A DNA stretch of 64,000 bases, from the IMG/VR virus record IMGVR_UViG_3300042294_003246, one strand, 5' to 3'. Origin of the DNA: a virus. Its lineage: Duplodnaviria; Caudoviricetes. The notes beneath the pieces were generated by a model. It was not told the DNA's origin. It searched no databases and was given only the letters and a program-made list of their open reading frames with translations. The translations under genes and the position numbers were made by a program. Positions 9,753 to 18,637 of this stretch are shown here, piece after piece (positions within the stretch are counted from its first letter, which is position 1; each line of letters opens with the position of its first letter).

Positions 9753-10454
9753 ATGGGAAACCAAGTATTTGACTACTGCATCATAATCACCACTTTTGAT
9801 AGACAGTTGGCACTAAAAAACCTTTTAAAAAAAATTTTACATCAAAAAGGGGATAAAAAAATTCAAATCGTAGTTTTTGATGACGGAGGTAAAGAAAATC
9901 TTATTAATTACGATGAAAATATAAAATATATAAAATTTTCAAATAATCACGGTAAAAAAAAGTTTTGGTATATAATCGATCAGACTTTTAAATATATAAG
10001 GAATATTGAATCAAAATATTATATATACTTACAAGATGACTTATTAGTGGATGATAATTTTATTTTAGACGTTACAAATTTATATGAGAATTTAAATGAC
10101 CACAAAAAAATTTCTTTGGAGTTTAGAACCGATGTAAGAACAAAAAGACCAAATTGGTCAAACTTTACACCAAACATAATTGACAATTACATTCAAACAC
10201 AATGGGTTGAATTAGATTTTATTGCGGAAAAAAAATTCTTTGAGGTTTTAGATTTCAAAATTAACCCCATTTCAGAAAACAGATGGAACAAAGACCCAAA
10301 TTTAAGTTCAGGGGTTGGATACCAATTAACAAAAAGGTTAAATGATTTAGGTTATACAATGTATCATACCAAAGTATCATTAGTTAAACATGGTTTTGAA
10401 AAATCAAAAATGAACATTAACGAAAGAATGGTTAATGACTTAAATATTTTTTAA
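9753..10454 (+). CDS. Glycosyltransferase family 2-like
   Basis: CIIITTFDR, VVFDDG, YLQDD (DxD-like). Confidence 0.75.
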   Translation: MGNQVFDYCIIITTFDRQLALKNLLKKILHQKGDKKIQIVVFDDGGKENLINYDENIKYIKFSNNHGKKKFWYIIDQTFKYIRNIESKYYIYLQDDLLVDDNFILDVTNLYENLNDHKKISLEFRTDVRTKRPNWSNFTPNIIDNYIQTQWVELDFIAEKKFFEVLDFKINPISENRWNKDPNLSSGVGYQLTKRLNDLGYTMYHTKVSLVKHGFEKSKMNINERMVNDLNIF

Positions 10455-10455
10455 G

Positions 10456-11406
10456 ATGAGTAAAATTGTTGTGAATATATCATCATACAAAAGAAATGAT
10501 GGTTTAGAAAAAGTAATAAATTCGGTAATTGAAGATTGTGACAAAATAAACGTTGCCTTAAATTCTTATGAAGGTGAAATACCAAAATTTCTTTTTGACA
10601 ATAAGATTAATATTTTAATAACTGACAACTCAAAGGGAGATGCTTATAAGTTTTATTTTTTAAATAATACCGAAGATGCTTATTACATTACATTAGACGA
10701 TGATATAATTTACCCTAAAAATTTTATAAAAAAAATCATTCAAAAATGCGACTTTTACGAAAGAAAAAAAGTAATTACTTATCATGGAAGAAATTTTGAA
10801 AATTTCCCTATACAATCATATTACAAATCCAAATCAAAAAGATATCATTTTTTACAAGAGGTCTCGAAAGACACAAAAGTGCAATTTGGAGGAACAGGAT
10901 TGATGTGTTTTCATACCAATTTACTTAAAATACCATTTGAATATTTTATATTTCCAAATATGGCCGATGTTTGGTTAGGAAAATATTGTATGGAAAATAA
11001 AATTGAGATTATTTGTTTGAAACACCTAAAAGGTTATATACAATATATACCACAAAAAACCACAATTTATGATGTAGAATCTAAAAATGATTTTATACAA
11101 ACACAAGTTGTAAATTCTATTTTTAATAAAACGATTAACTTAGAAAATTTAAAAAACTATAATAAAAATAATTCGTTAGAACAAATTCCTAATATATCAA
11201 TTCCGCAACCAACTCCACCACCACATGAACCGGTAAAAATTGAAAAAACTTTAGAAATAAATAAAAAAACAATTGATTACCAAAAAGTTAATAGAATATT
11301 TTCAAATTTACAAAATAATACACAACAAAAACCACAGGTTAATACAAATAATCTGAAACTTAATTCAAAACAAATTTCAACATTTAATAAAAAGAAATTC
11401 AGATGA
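10456..11406 (+). CDS. Glycosyltransferase family 2-like with low-complexity C-terminal tail
   Basis: YYITLDDDIIYP, GGTG, NMADVW; tail ends KKKFR. Confidence 0.75.
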   Translation: MSKIVVNISSYKRNDGLEKVINSVIEDCDKINVALNSYEGEIPKFLFDNKINILITDNSKGDAYKFYFLNNTEDAYYITLDDDIIYPKNFIKKIIQKCDFYERKKVITYHGRNFENFPIQSYYKSKSKRYHFLQEVSKDTKVQFGGTGLMCFHTNLLKIPFEYFIFPNMADVWLGKYCMENKIEIICLKHLKGYIQYIPQKTTIYDVESKNDFIQTQVVNSIFNKTINLENLKNYNKNNSLEQIPNISIPQPTPPPHEPVKIEKTLEINKKTIDYQKVNRIFSNLQNNTQQKPQVNTNNLKLNSKQISTFNKKKFR

Positions 11407-12359
11407 GTTTAAGTGTTATTATACCAACTTATAAAAATGTTATTTTTTTGGATGAACTTTTTTTATCTATAGAAAATAGTAGATATGATAATGAATTTGA
11501 AGTTTTGATTGGAATTGATAATTGTTATGAAACGATCGATTACATTTATAATAAAGAATTTCCAAAAAACTTTAAGTTTTTTTTCTTTTTGGAAAATCAA
11601 GGTCCCTATCTAATTAAAAATACTTTAGTTGAAATAAGTCAGTATAATAAAATTTTGTTCTTTGATTCTGATGATGTTATTCTGCCAAATTTATTTGAGG
11701 AAATTGACAGTCAATTAAACATATATGATTTGATCAAACCAAAATATATTGATTTTGAGGATAAGAACAATCAACGAGAGTTCAAACAACAAAAAAATAC
11801 ATTTGGTGAGGGAGTTTTTGGGATTAAAAAAGACATATTTTTAAGTATTAATGGATTTGAGGGATGGAGAGTTGCCGCAGACTCAGATCTTATGTCTCGA
11901 CTATATAAAATGAATTTAAAAATATTACATACGAATCATATTCTATTTCATAGAAGATTACACAAAAATTCTTTAACAATTCATCCTGAGACAAACTTAT
12001 CATCAAAAATTAGGGCTAAATATTTTTTCATTAGTAAAAATAAACCAAAACATTTTTTAAAATTGGAGGGGCTCAAAACGAGTGAATATAAAGTTGTTGA
12101 TATTGAAAATAAAGAATTTACAAAATCTTTGATTGAGTTAAAAGAAGAACACGAAATAACCGAATATGAGAAAAAAAAGTTGAAACACGAATCTATTTCT
12201 ACGATTTTTTCTAATCAACCAAAAAGAGATATTCCGAAAGAACCAAAAAAAATAAATTATGATGCCATTAACAACAACAGATCGATGTTGTATCATCCTA
12301 ATTTGAACTCTGCCTTAAAAAAGGCAAAACTTGATAATTTGAAAAAAAAATTTAGATAG
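11403..12359 (+). CDS. Glycosyltransferase family 2 with C-terminal tail
   Basis: LSVIIPTY, FFDSDD, AADSDL; tail ends KKKFR. Confidence 0.85.
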   Translation: MSLSVIIPTYKNVIFLDELFLSIENSRYDNEFEVLIGIDNCYETIDYIYNKEFPKNFKFFFFLENQGPYLIKNTLVEISQYNKILFFDSDDVILPNLFEEIDSQLNIYDLIKPKYIDFEDKNNQREFKQQKNTFGEGVFGIKKDIFLSINGFEGWRVAADSDLMSRLYKMNLKILHTNHILFHRRLHKNSLTIHPETNLSSKIRAKYFFISKNKPKHFLKLEGLKTSEYKVVDIENKEFTKSLIELKEEHEITEYEKKKLKHESISTIFSNQPKRDIPKEPKKINYDAINNNRSMLYHPNLNSALKKAKLDNLKKKFR

Positions 12360-12387
12360 AATAATATTTTTTCTTATCTTTGTTTTA

Positions 12388-12750
12388 ATGAAACACCCAA
12401 GAAAGGAAGGAAAGGTAATTAGTGATAAGGACATTAAGTTTGTTAAAAAACTTTTGAAAAAAAATCCTATTATTTTTGAAAGTAATATTCATATTAAAGA
12501 TGATTGCTTGGTTGAAATCACAAATATTAGAAAATATGCGAATAGTTGGTATTATGGTTCTAACGCTAAATTTGTGTATGAAGTGGATGTCAAAGTTAAA
12601 AAAAACGATTCTTCCCGTTGGTGTAACTACACAAACACTAACTATAAAAACAGAAGAATAAGATCTTGGAAAACGGAACAACTATTTCGAGAAGAGTTAT
12701 GTTATTTTAACATTATGGACTTTTGTATATCAAAGATTTCCTACGAATAG
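12388..12750 (+). CDS. Hypothetical protein (host-type promoter)
   Basis: 120-aa ORF preceded by TATCTTTG at 12375-12382. Confidence 0.6.
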   Translation: MKHPRKEGKVISDKDIKFVKKLLKKNPIIFESNIHIKDDCLVEITNIRKYANSWYYGSNAKFVYEVDVKVKKNDSSRWCNYTNTNYKNRRIRSWKTEQLFREELCYFNIMDFCISKISYE

Positions 12751-12771
12751 AATTCGTCTATATTTATAGAC

Positions 12772-13689
12772 ATGAAAGTTTCACTTACAGAAGAACAATT
12801 TCAAAGAATCCAAACTAAATTCGTTTATGAAAGTATTATAGATGACATGGTGTTCAAACTATCATTAATCATAGAGAATGATGGTAAAACCGAACCAGAC
12901 ATGGAATGGGACTTTGAAAATGTTAAAAAGGATATTGATTTAGCAAAATCTTGGGTTCAAACAAAAGAAGATGCCAAAGAGTTTTTACAGACTTTGTCTA
13001 ATAAAATAAAAAACCTACCTTCTCAAATTAAAAGAAAAATTATCAAATATGTGATTTTTTCTTTAATTGGTCTTATTAGTATTGGACAAATAAAAAATTA
13101 TTTAGAACCACCACTTGAAACTGCAGTTAAACAAGAAAAAGAAATTATTAAAAATGTCGTTAAGGATTTAAGGATTAGAAAGTCATCAGACAAATTATTA
13201 AATCATTTAAAATGGGAAGAAGGTTCAATAATCCATAAAGGTGAACCAGTATTAACGGCTTATAATCTTGGTGATGGTGCAAAAACAATTGGTTATGGTC
13301 ATGCTGTGTTTCCTGATGAAGAAGAATCGTTTGAATTTCTTCCAAGATATAATAAAATCATTTCAGGTAAAACCAAAATCACAAAAGAACAAGCAGAAAC
13401 ACTACTTAAAGACGATATTAAAGAGGCAGAAAGTATTATCAATAGAATACTAGATCAGTGGGAAGAACAAGGAATTACGCCACCAATAACTCAAAGTATG
13501 TATGATGCAATGGTGTCTATGGCATACAACATGGGACCTGGTATTAGAACATCCGATTTTATCCAATATGTTAAACGAGGTGATTTGGAAGGGGCAAAAA
13601 AGGAAATACTAAACACAAGTTCTCACATGTTTAACGAATACCCTGGTTTGAAAACAAGACGAGAAAGAGAATATAAAATGTTTGGGTAA
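12772..13689 (+). CDS. Leader-bearing protein with C-terminal GH24 phage-lysozyme domain
   Basis: Leader MKVSLTEEQ...FVYES; EEG...AYNLGDGAKTIGYGH, YDAMVSMAYNMG, GLKTRREREYKMF; TATTTATA at 12761-12768. Confidence 0.85.
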   Translation: MKVSLTEEQFQRIQTKFVYESIIDDMVFKLSLIIENDGKTEPDMEWDFENVKKDIDLAKSWVQTKEDAKEFLQTLSNKIKNLPSQIKRKIIKYVIFSLIGLISIGQIKNYLEPPLETAVKQEKEIIKNVVKDLRIRKSSDKLLNHLKWEEGSIIHKGEPVLTAYNLGDGAKTIGYGHAVFPDEEESFEFLPRYNKIISGKTKITKEQAETLLKDDIKEAESIINRILDQWEEQGITPPITQSMYDAMVSMAYNMGPGIRTSDFIQYVKRGDLEGAKKEILNTSSHMFNEYPGLKTRREREYKMFG

Positions 13690-14345
13690 TGGATAACGAA
13701 AAAATATTAAAACTATTCAAACATTTTGCAGGTGATCCTTTGGACATACATGGTTTGGTTGTTACACCCGTTAAAGTAGAACCATCTGTTAGAAGAAATG
13801 GTAGAACTAACATGTATTTCAGAGTTCAAAACCCGAATGATGTTTCATATTTTTCACCAATTGTTGGGGATTATATTTATGATGAAACAGAAGACTTTGG
13901 GGATTTTGTAAATGAAAAAATTGATGTGTATTTTGTACCAAACTTTAAACAAGGAATTTATTTAAATGAAGAATTAAAATCAAGAATTCAAAAAGTGTTT
14001 AATTCCGTTAAAGAGATTAATTTTACATTAGGAACTCCTTTTATTGGTTATGAAAGATACAAATTATTTATTGAATCAGTTGGTGTATCAACAAGTTATT
14101 GGGATAATGAAAGTTTTGGTTTATACAATAATGTGAAAGTAGTAAGAGCCGAAAAAGATGGTGAGTGGTGGGATCCTAAAGTTGTTGTAAGTGAATATCT
14201 TAATGACTTTCTACCTGACAAAGAAAGTTACTGGGAAACAGAAAATCTTTACCCCCAAATTGACAACATCTTAAACAATTATCCCCTATTTAGGGATCCA
14301 TACGGCAACAATTTAGGTTACTACGATACCAAGTTTATCCAATAA
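13689..14345 (+). CDS. Hypothetical protein
   Basis: 218-aa ORF translationally coupled (TAATG) to the lysozyme gene. Confidence 0.65.
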   Translation: MDNEKILKLFKHFAGDPLDIHGLVVTPVKVEPSVRRNGRTNMYFRVQNPNDVSYFSPIVGDYIYDETEDFGDFVNEKIDVYFVPNFKQGIYLNEELKSRIQKVFNSVKEINFTLGTPFIGYERYKLFIESVGVSTSYWDNESFGLYNNVKVVRAEKDGEWWDPKVVVSEYLNDFLPDKESYWETENLYPQIDNILNNYPLFRDPYGNNLGYYDTKFIQ

Positions 14346-15609
14346 CTTTTTTTGATCTTTTTTTACGGTGAAAAGAAATCACAAATCTGTGAACTTCATT
14401 TTGAACTTCAGCAAGCAAAAATCCAAACTCATTTCGTGGAATATCAAATGACGACCCGTCAGTCAAGTGGATTGTTTGAGATTGGTGTTTGTCGTTTTTG
14501 GAAATAGAAATCAAATCAATACGAGATAACAAACCAAGAGATTCAAATACTTGTTTTGCAACACCCAACTGACCTTTACCACCATCAATAACAACAAGTG
14601 AAGGTAACTCTTGTTTTTCGTTCAAAAGTCTTGTAAAACGACGAGAAAGAACTTCAGTGAATGAAGCGTAGTCATCAGGACCCTCAACAGTTTTGATGTT
14701 AAACTTACGGTAGTTTGACTTATCAGTTTTACCATTCTTGTAACGAACAAGAGCAGACACTTGACAGTCACCACTAGTGTGAGAATTGTCAAACGCCTCA
14801 ATCAAAGTAGGAACATTGATAAGACCCAAAGATTCTTTAAACTGACGAGCAACATCATTATACTTTCTAACACGAAAAGGTTCAAGTTTCTTTTGAAGTG
14901 AATCAACAACAGAGATTTTAGTTTTGAACTCTTGAGCTTTCTCAAACTCCATAGAATCAGAAAAATATTTCATAGACTTTTTCAAACGACTACGAACCTT
15001 GTCAAACTCAAAAGAAAATACTTCTTTCATCTCACTTACAATCTTCTTGTAGGAGAACTTTAGAATGTTTGAAATACAAGGTGCATTACAACGACCAAGA
15101 TGAAACTCCAAACAAGTTTTGAACTTTTCGTTTGAAATGTTTTCTTCAGTCAAGTTGTAAGAACAAGAACGAAGATTGAAGATGTCGTGAACCATTTCAT
15201 AGATCTCATAACAAGAGTTGGAACTTGTAGACTCAAGAAGGATCTGACCTGAAAAGTTAGAAGGATTACAAACTTGTAAACGAGGGAACTCCTCATCACT
15301 CAAAGTAATAAACCAACGACGAGATCTGTCGTCTTTTGCTTTGATGTTGTATTTTGGTTTCAAAGACTTGATAAGTTCGTCCTCCAACAAAAGAGCCTGT
15401 GACTCATCGTTAGTAGTCATGAACTCAACATCACGGATCTCACTCACAAGAGAAGTAGTCTTGATATCCTTGTGATTTTTTTGAAAGTAAGACTTCACTC
15501 GTTTCGGTAAAAACTTTGACTTACCCACATAGATGATCTGACCCTTCTCATTTTTGAAAAGGTAACAACCACTTGATTGGGGAATGTTTGAAAGTTTCTC
15601 TGTAATCAC
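14335..15609 (-). CDS. uvrC: Excinuclease ABC subunit C, lacking the C-terminal HhH domain
   Basis: GIY-YIG (GCYLF...IYVGKS), CLEFHLGRCNAPC, UVR coil, RNaseH-like IEAFDNSH...YRKFNIK...DGGKGQL...EVHRF; likely GTG start at 15609 behind TATATTTG (15614-15621). Confidence 0.92.
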   Translation of the reverse strand: MITEKLSNIPQSSGCYLFKNEKGQIIYVGKSKFLPKRVKSYFQKNHKDIKTTSLVSEIRDVEFMTTNDESQALLLEDELIKSLKPKYNIKAKDDRSRRWFITLSDEEFPRLQVCNPSNFSGQILLESTSSNSCYEIYEMVHDIFNLRSCSYNLTEENISNEKFKTCLEFHLGRCNAPCISNILKFSYKKIVSEMKEVFSFEFDKVRSRLKKSMKYFSDSMEFEKAQEFKTKISVVDSLQKKLEPFRVRKYNDVARQFKESLGLINVPTLIEAFDNSHTSGDCQVSALVRYKNGKTDKSNYRKFNIKTVEGPDDYASFTEVLSRRFTRLLNEKQELPSLVVIDGGKGQLGVAKQVFESLGLLSRIDLISISKNDKHQSQTIHLTDGSSFDIPRNEFGFLLAEVQNEVHRFVISFHRKKRSKKVIG

Positions 15610-15704
15610 AATACAAATATAGTGAAAATCTTTCAAATAATAACATAAACATCATAAACTTTCATTGGCCCAAACCTAATTATTTTTTTGTCGTATTTAT
15701 GTGT

Positions 15705-16760
15705 ATGAAACTAATATCTTTTATAGTATCTATATTTCTATTTTTCATTAGTTTATCACAAACTCAAACCGTAACTTTTAATTATACAGGTGCTGTTCAA
15801 ACATGGGTTGTTCCACCTTGTGTTACTTCTATCAATGTAGTCGCCGCAGGAGCAAAAGGTGGAGGTGCTATTGGAGGAAACGGAGCAAGAATAACCGCAA
15901 CAATAGCCGTAACACCAGGTCAAACTCTGAATATATATGTTGGTGGAATGGGGACATGTGGAAATAATTCAGGAGGATGGAATGGTGGAGGAACAGGATA
16001 TGCTTCTAACCCTGCGAATGTAACATATAATTCTTGTGGTGGTGGAGGTGCAACTGATATTAGAATTGGAGGAACCGCACTTGCAAATAGAGTAATTGTT
16101 GCAGGAGCGGGTGGTGGTAAAGGTGGAGGATCAAACACAAATACACCTGGTGGTGGAGCCTTATGTAATAACGGAGCAAACGGAGGAAATACCTTTGGTG
16201 CTGGCGGTGGAGGAGGAACACAAGTTGCAGGAGGAAATGGTGGTGCTCCTTGGGCAGGAACACCTCCTGGTGGTCAAGCAGGAACATTAGGTCAAGGTGG
16301 AAATGGTGGATTTTGGCAAACGGCATCAGGTGGCGGTGGCGGTGGCGGTCGTTATGGCGGTGGCGGTGGAGGAAATGATGGATGTTGCACTGGTGCTAAC
16401 GGTGGAGGTGGTGGCGGTGGAGGATCTTCACTTGTCCCTGTTGGAGGAACTTGTTTACCCACAAACAACACAGGACACGGATATTTAACAATCACTTACA
16501 CACCCGTTAATTTGGTGGTTAACCCAACCTCAACAAATGTCACATGTTTTGGATTATGTGATGGAACCGCAAACTCAAATGTAACAACACCAGGGGCCAC
16601 TTTTCTTTGGTCACCGGGAGGACAAACAACCCCTTCAATATCAAATCTTTGTCCTGGCACATATACCGTAACGGTAAATATAAGTGGTTGCACAGCAACA
16701 GGATCTGTAACTATAACCCAACCTAATCAAATATTGTTAGGTCCAATAAACCATAATTAA
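15705..16760 (+). CDS. Secreted glycine-rich-domain protein with SprB-like repeat
   Basis: Signal peptide; FNYTGAVQTWVVP...GAKGG...GGGGATDIR glycine-rich domain; VTCFGLCDG...LCPGTYTVTV SprB-like repeat; ends PINHN. Confidence 0.75.
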   Translation: MKLISFIVSIFLFFISLSQTQTVTFNYTGAVQTWVVPPCVTSINVVAAGAKGGGAIGGNGARITATIAVTPGQTLNIYVGGMGTCGNNSGGWNGGGTGYASNPANVTYNSCGGGGATDIRIGGTALANRVIVAGAGGGKGGGSNTNTPGGGALCNNGANGGNTFGAGGGGGTQVAGGNGGAPWAGTPPGGQAGTLGQGGNGGFWQTASGGGGGGGRYGGGGGGNDGCCTGANGGGGGGGGSSLVPVGGTCLPTNNTGHGYLTITYTPVNLVVNPTSTNVTCFGLCDGTANSNVTTPGATFLWSPGGQTTPSISNLCPGTYTVTVNISGCTATGSVTITQPNQILLGPINHN

Positions 16761-16769
16761 AATAAAAAA

Positions 16770-17336
16770 ATGAAAAAATTATTTGTATTACTATTCATGT
16801 TTTTGACTACAACACTTTTTGGTCAATTAACAACAAACAATCCCGACACAATTTGTTTTCAATCAGGAACCCTTTCTCAATACACCGTTACTTCAGTTGG
16901 TAATGGAAACTATAACTGGACAATCCCTGCGTGTGCAACAATCCAATCAGGGCAAGGAACAAATACAATATTTGTCAATTGGTCCAATTGTCCTGCGGGT
17001 CTTATCAATAATGGTGTGTCGGTTACTTATACAAGTCCTCAAGGGTGTTTTTCACCAGCGGTTAACCTAAATGTTTTAATTTATAATGTTGTTCCAACAA
17101 TAACTCAAATTGGACCATTTTGTTCAACAGATCCATGTGTTCCTTTAGTTGGAACTCCTGCGGGTGGGATTTGGTCGGGACCTGGTGTTGTTAATGGTCA
17201 ATTCTGTCCTCAAACTGCGGGAGCAGGAACACACACAATATCTTATTTATATTCAAACGGAGGATGTTCATTTTCAACAACAATAAACGTAGTTGTAAAC
17301 CCATTACCAACATTAACACCAATATCACATAACTAA
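16770..17336 (+). CDS. Secreted PKD-like/Ig-like domain protein
   Basis: Signal peptide; YNWT...SGQGTNTI; GPFC...GGIWSG; ends PISHN. Confidence 0.7.
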   Translation: MKKLFVLLFMFLTTTLFGQLTTNNPDTICFQSGTLSQYTVTSVGNGNYNWTIPACATIQSGQGTNTIFVNWSNCPAGLINNGVSVTYTSPQGCFSPAVNLNVLIYNVVPTITQIGPFCSTDPCVPLVGTPAGGIWSGPGVVNGQFCPQTAGAGTHTISYLYSNGGCSFSTTINVVVNPLPTLTPISHN

Positions 17337-17905
17337 TGAAACAATTATTGTTTTTGTTTTTATTTTTTAGTTTAACTTGTTTTTCACAACAAGAATTTGA
17401 AATATGTGAAAGTTCAAATACCGTGACATATTCAACTTCAATTGATATGAGTGGAACTATTGAATGGTTTTTGAATGGTTTCAGTTTAGGAAACGGAAAC
17501 GATATGAGTATTACATATAGTCAACCTGGTGATTATCAAATAGTGGCGGTTGGTTATAATGATTTAGGATGTCCAGGTCCACCTGTTGTGTATAATGTGA
17601 GTGTAACAAAATGTGATCCCTTAATTTATTGGGTCCCAAATTCTTTTACACCCGATAATAATGAATTTAATCAAACGTGGGGACCAGTAATAACAAGTGG
17701 GATTTCTTTAGAAAACTTTGAACTTACGGTTTATAATAGGTGGGGAAATATTGTTTGGCAAAGTAAAAACGCAAATACAAATTGGGACGGAACATATAAT
17801 GGTAGTTTTGTTCCTGATGGAACATACTCTTGGATTATGAAAATTGACTTATTAGACTCTGATGAATTGAAAGTTATTTCAGGTTTTGTTACTATTATCA
17901 AATAA
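17336..17905 (+). CDS. Gliding-motility-associated C-terminal domain (T9SS type B CTD) protein
   Basis: Signal peptide; WVPNSFTPDNNEFNQTW...VYNRWGNIVW...WDGTYNG...DGTYSW...GFVTIIK. Confidence 0.88.
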   Translation: MKQLLFLFLFFSLTCFSQQEFEICESSNTVTYSTSIDMSGTIEWFLNGFSLGNGNDMSITYSQPGDYQIVAVGYNDLGCPGPPVVYNVSVTKCDPLIYWVPNSFTPDNNEFNQTWGPVITSGISLENFELTVYNRWGNIVWQSKNANTNWDGTYNGSFVPDGTYSWIMKIDLLDSDELKVISGFVTIIK

Positions 17906-17914
17906 AATTGATAT

Positions 17915-18265
17915 ATGGAAATAACTAAAATAAATTATAAAGAAGTTTATGAAAACTTCAAGGAAGTAAAACCAGATCTTTTAGATGAATATGCGACTTA
18001 CTACGGATGTTATATCAAAGACAAGTTAGTTGGAATTGTTTCTTATGTTGAACATGATTCAGTTATTTATTTGTGCCATGCTTATGTTTTAGAAGAGTAT
18101 AGAGATAGGGGAATCTACAAATTACTTTGGAACTATAGAGATTCAAAAATACATGATACAGAAAAAACAATCTATGCTCACTGTAATGTTGATAGTTTGA
18201 AATACTTTATTAACAACGGTTTCTCTATTGAGAAAGCACTTTTCAAAGTTGTTAAAAACAAATAA
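17915..18265 (+). CDS. GNAT family N-acetyltransferase
   Basis: AYVLEEYRDRGIYKLL motif A; YFINNGF. Confidence 0.8.
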   Translation: MEITKINYKEVYENFKEVKPDLLDEYATYYGCYIKDKLVGIVSYVEHDSVIYLCHAYVLEEYRDRGIYKLLWNYRDSKIHDTEKTIYAHCNVDSLKYFINNGFSIEKALFKVVKNK

Positions 18266-18319
18266 AAAAGTTTCAATATTTTCTTTTTTATGTCATTTAC
18301 ATTTACTATATTTTAGTAT

Positions 18320-18637
18320 ATGTTAAGACATCAAAACCCAATTCAAATTAAAGCGACAACAACAGGATTTGCTTCACCAGCAGAAACCTATGTTGATAAA
18401 AGGTTAGATCTAAACGACTTAATTGTTAAAGATCATTATACAACATTTTATTTTAAGTATTCAGGACCAAGTGTGTTTGGAATTAACCAAGGAGATACAA
18501 TTGTAATTGACCGAACTGAGGATCCAAAAGATGGGGATTTGGTAGTTTTAACAGAAAAAACACACTTCAAACTTAGAGAATACAAAGGACAAAAAAACTT
18601 ATGGGGAAAAGTAACATGGATATTAAAGAAAATGTAA
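18320..18637 (+). CDS. umuD: UmuD-like (S24 family) protein
   Basis: GFASPAETYVDKRLDLNDL...SGPSV...GDTIVIDR...DGDLVV; directly upstream of umuC. Confidence 0.85.
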   Translation: MLRHQNPIQIKATTTGFASPAETYVDKRLDLNDLIVKDHYTTFYFKYSGPSVFGINQGDTIVIDRTEDPKDGDLVVLTEKTHFKLREYKGQKNLWGKVTWILKKM

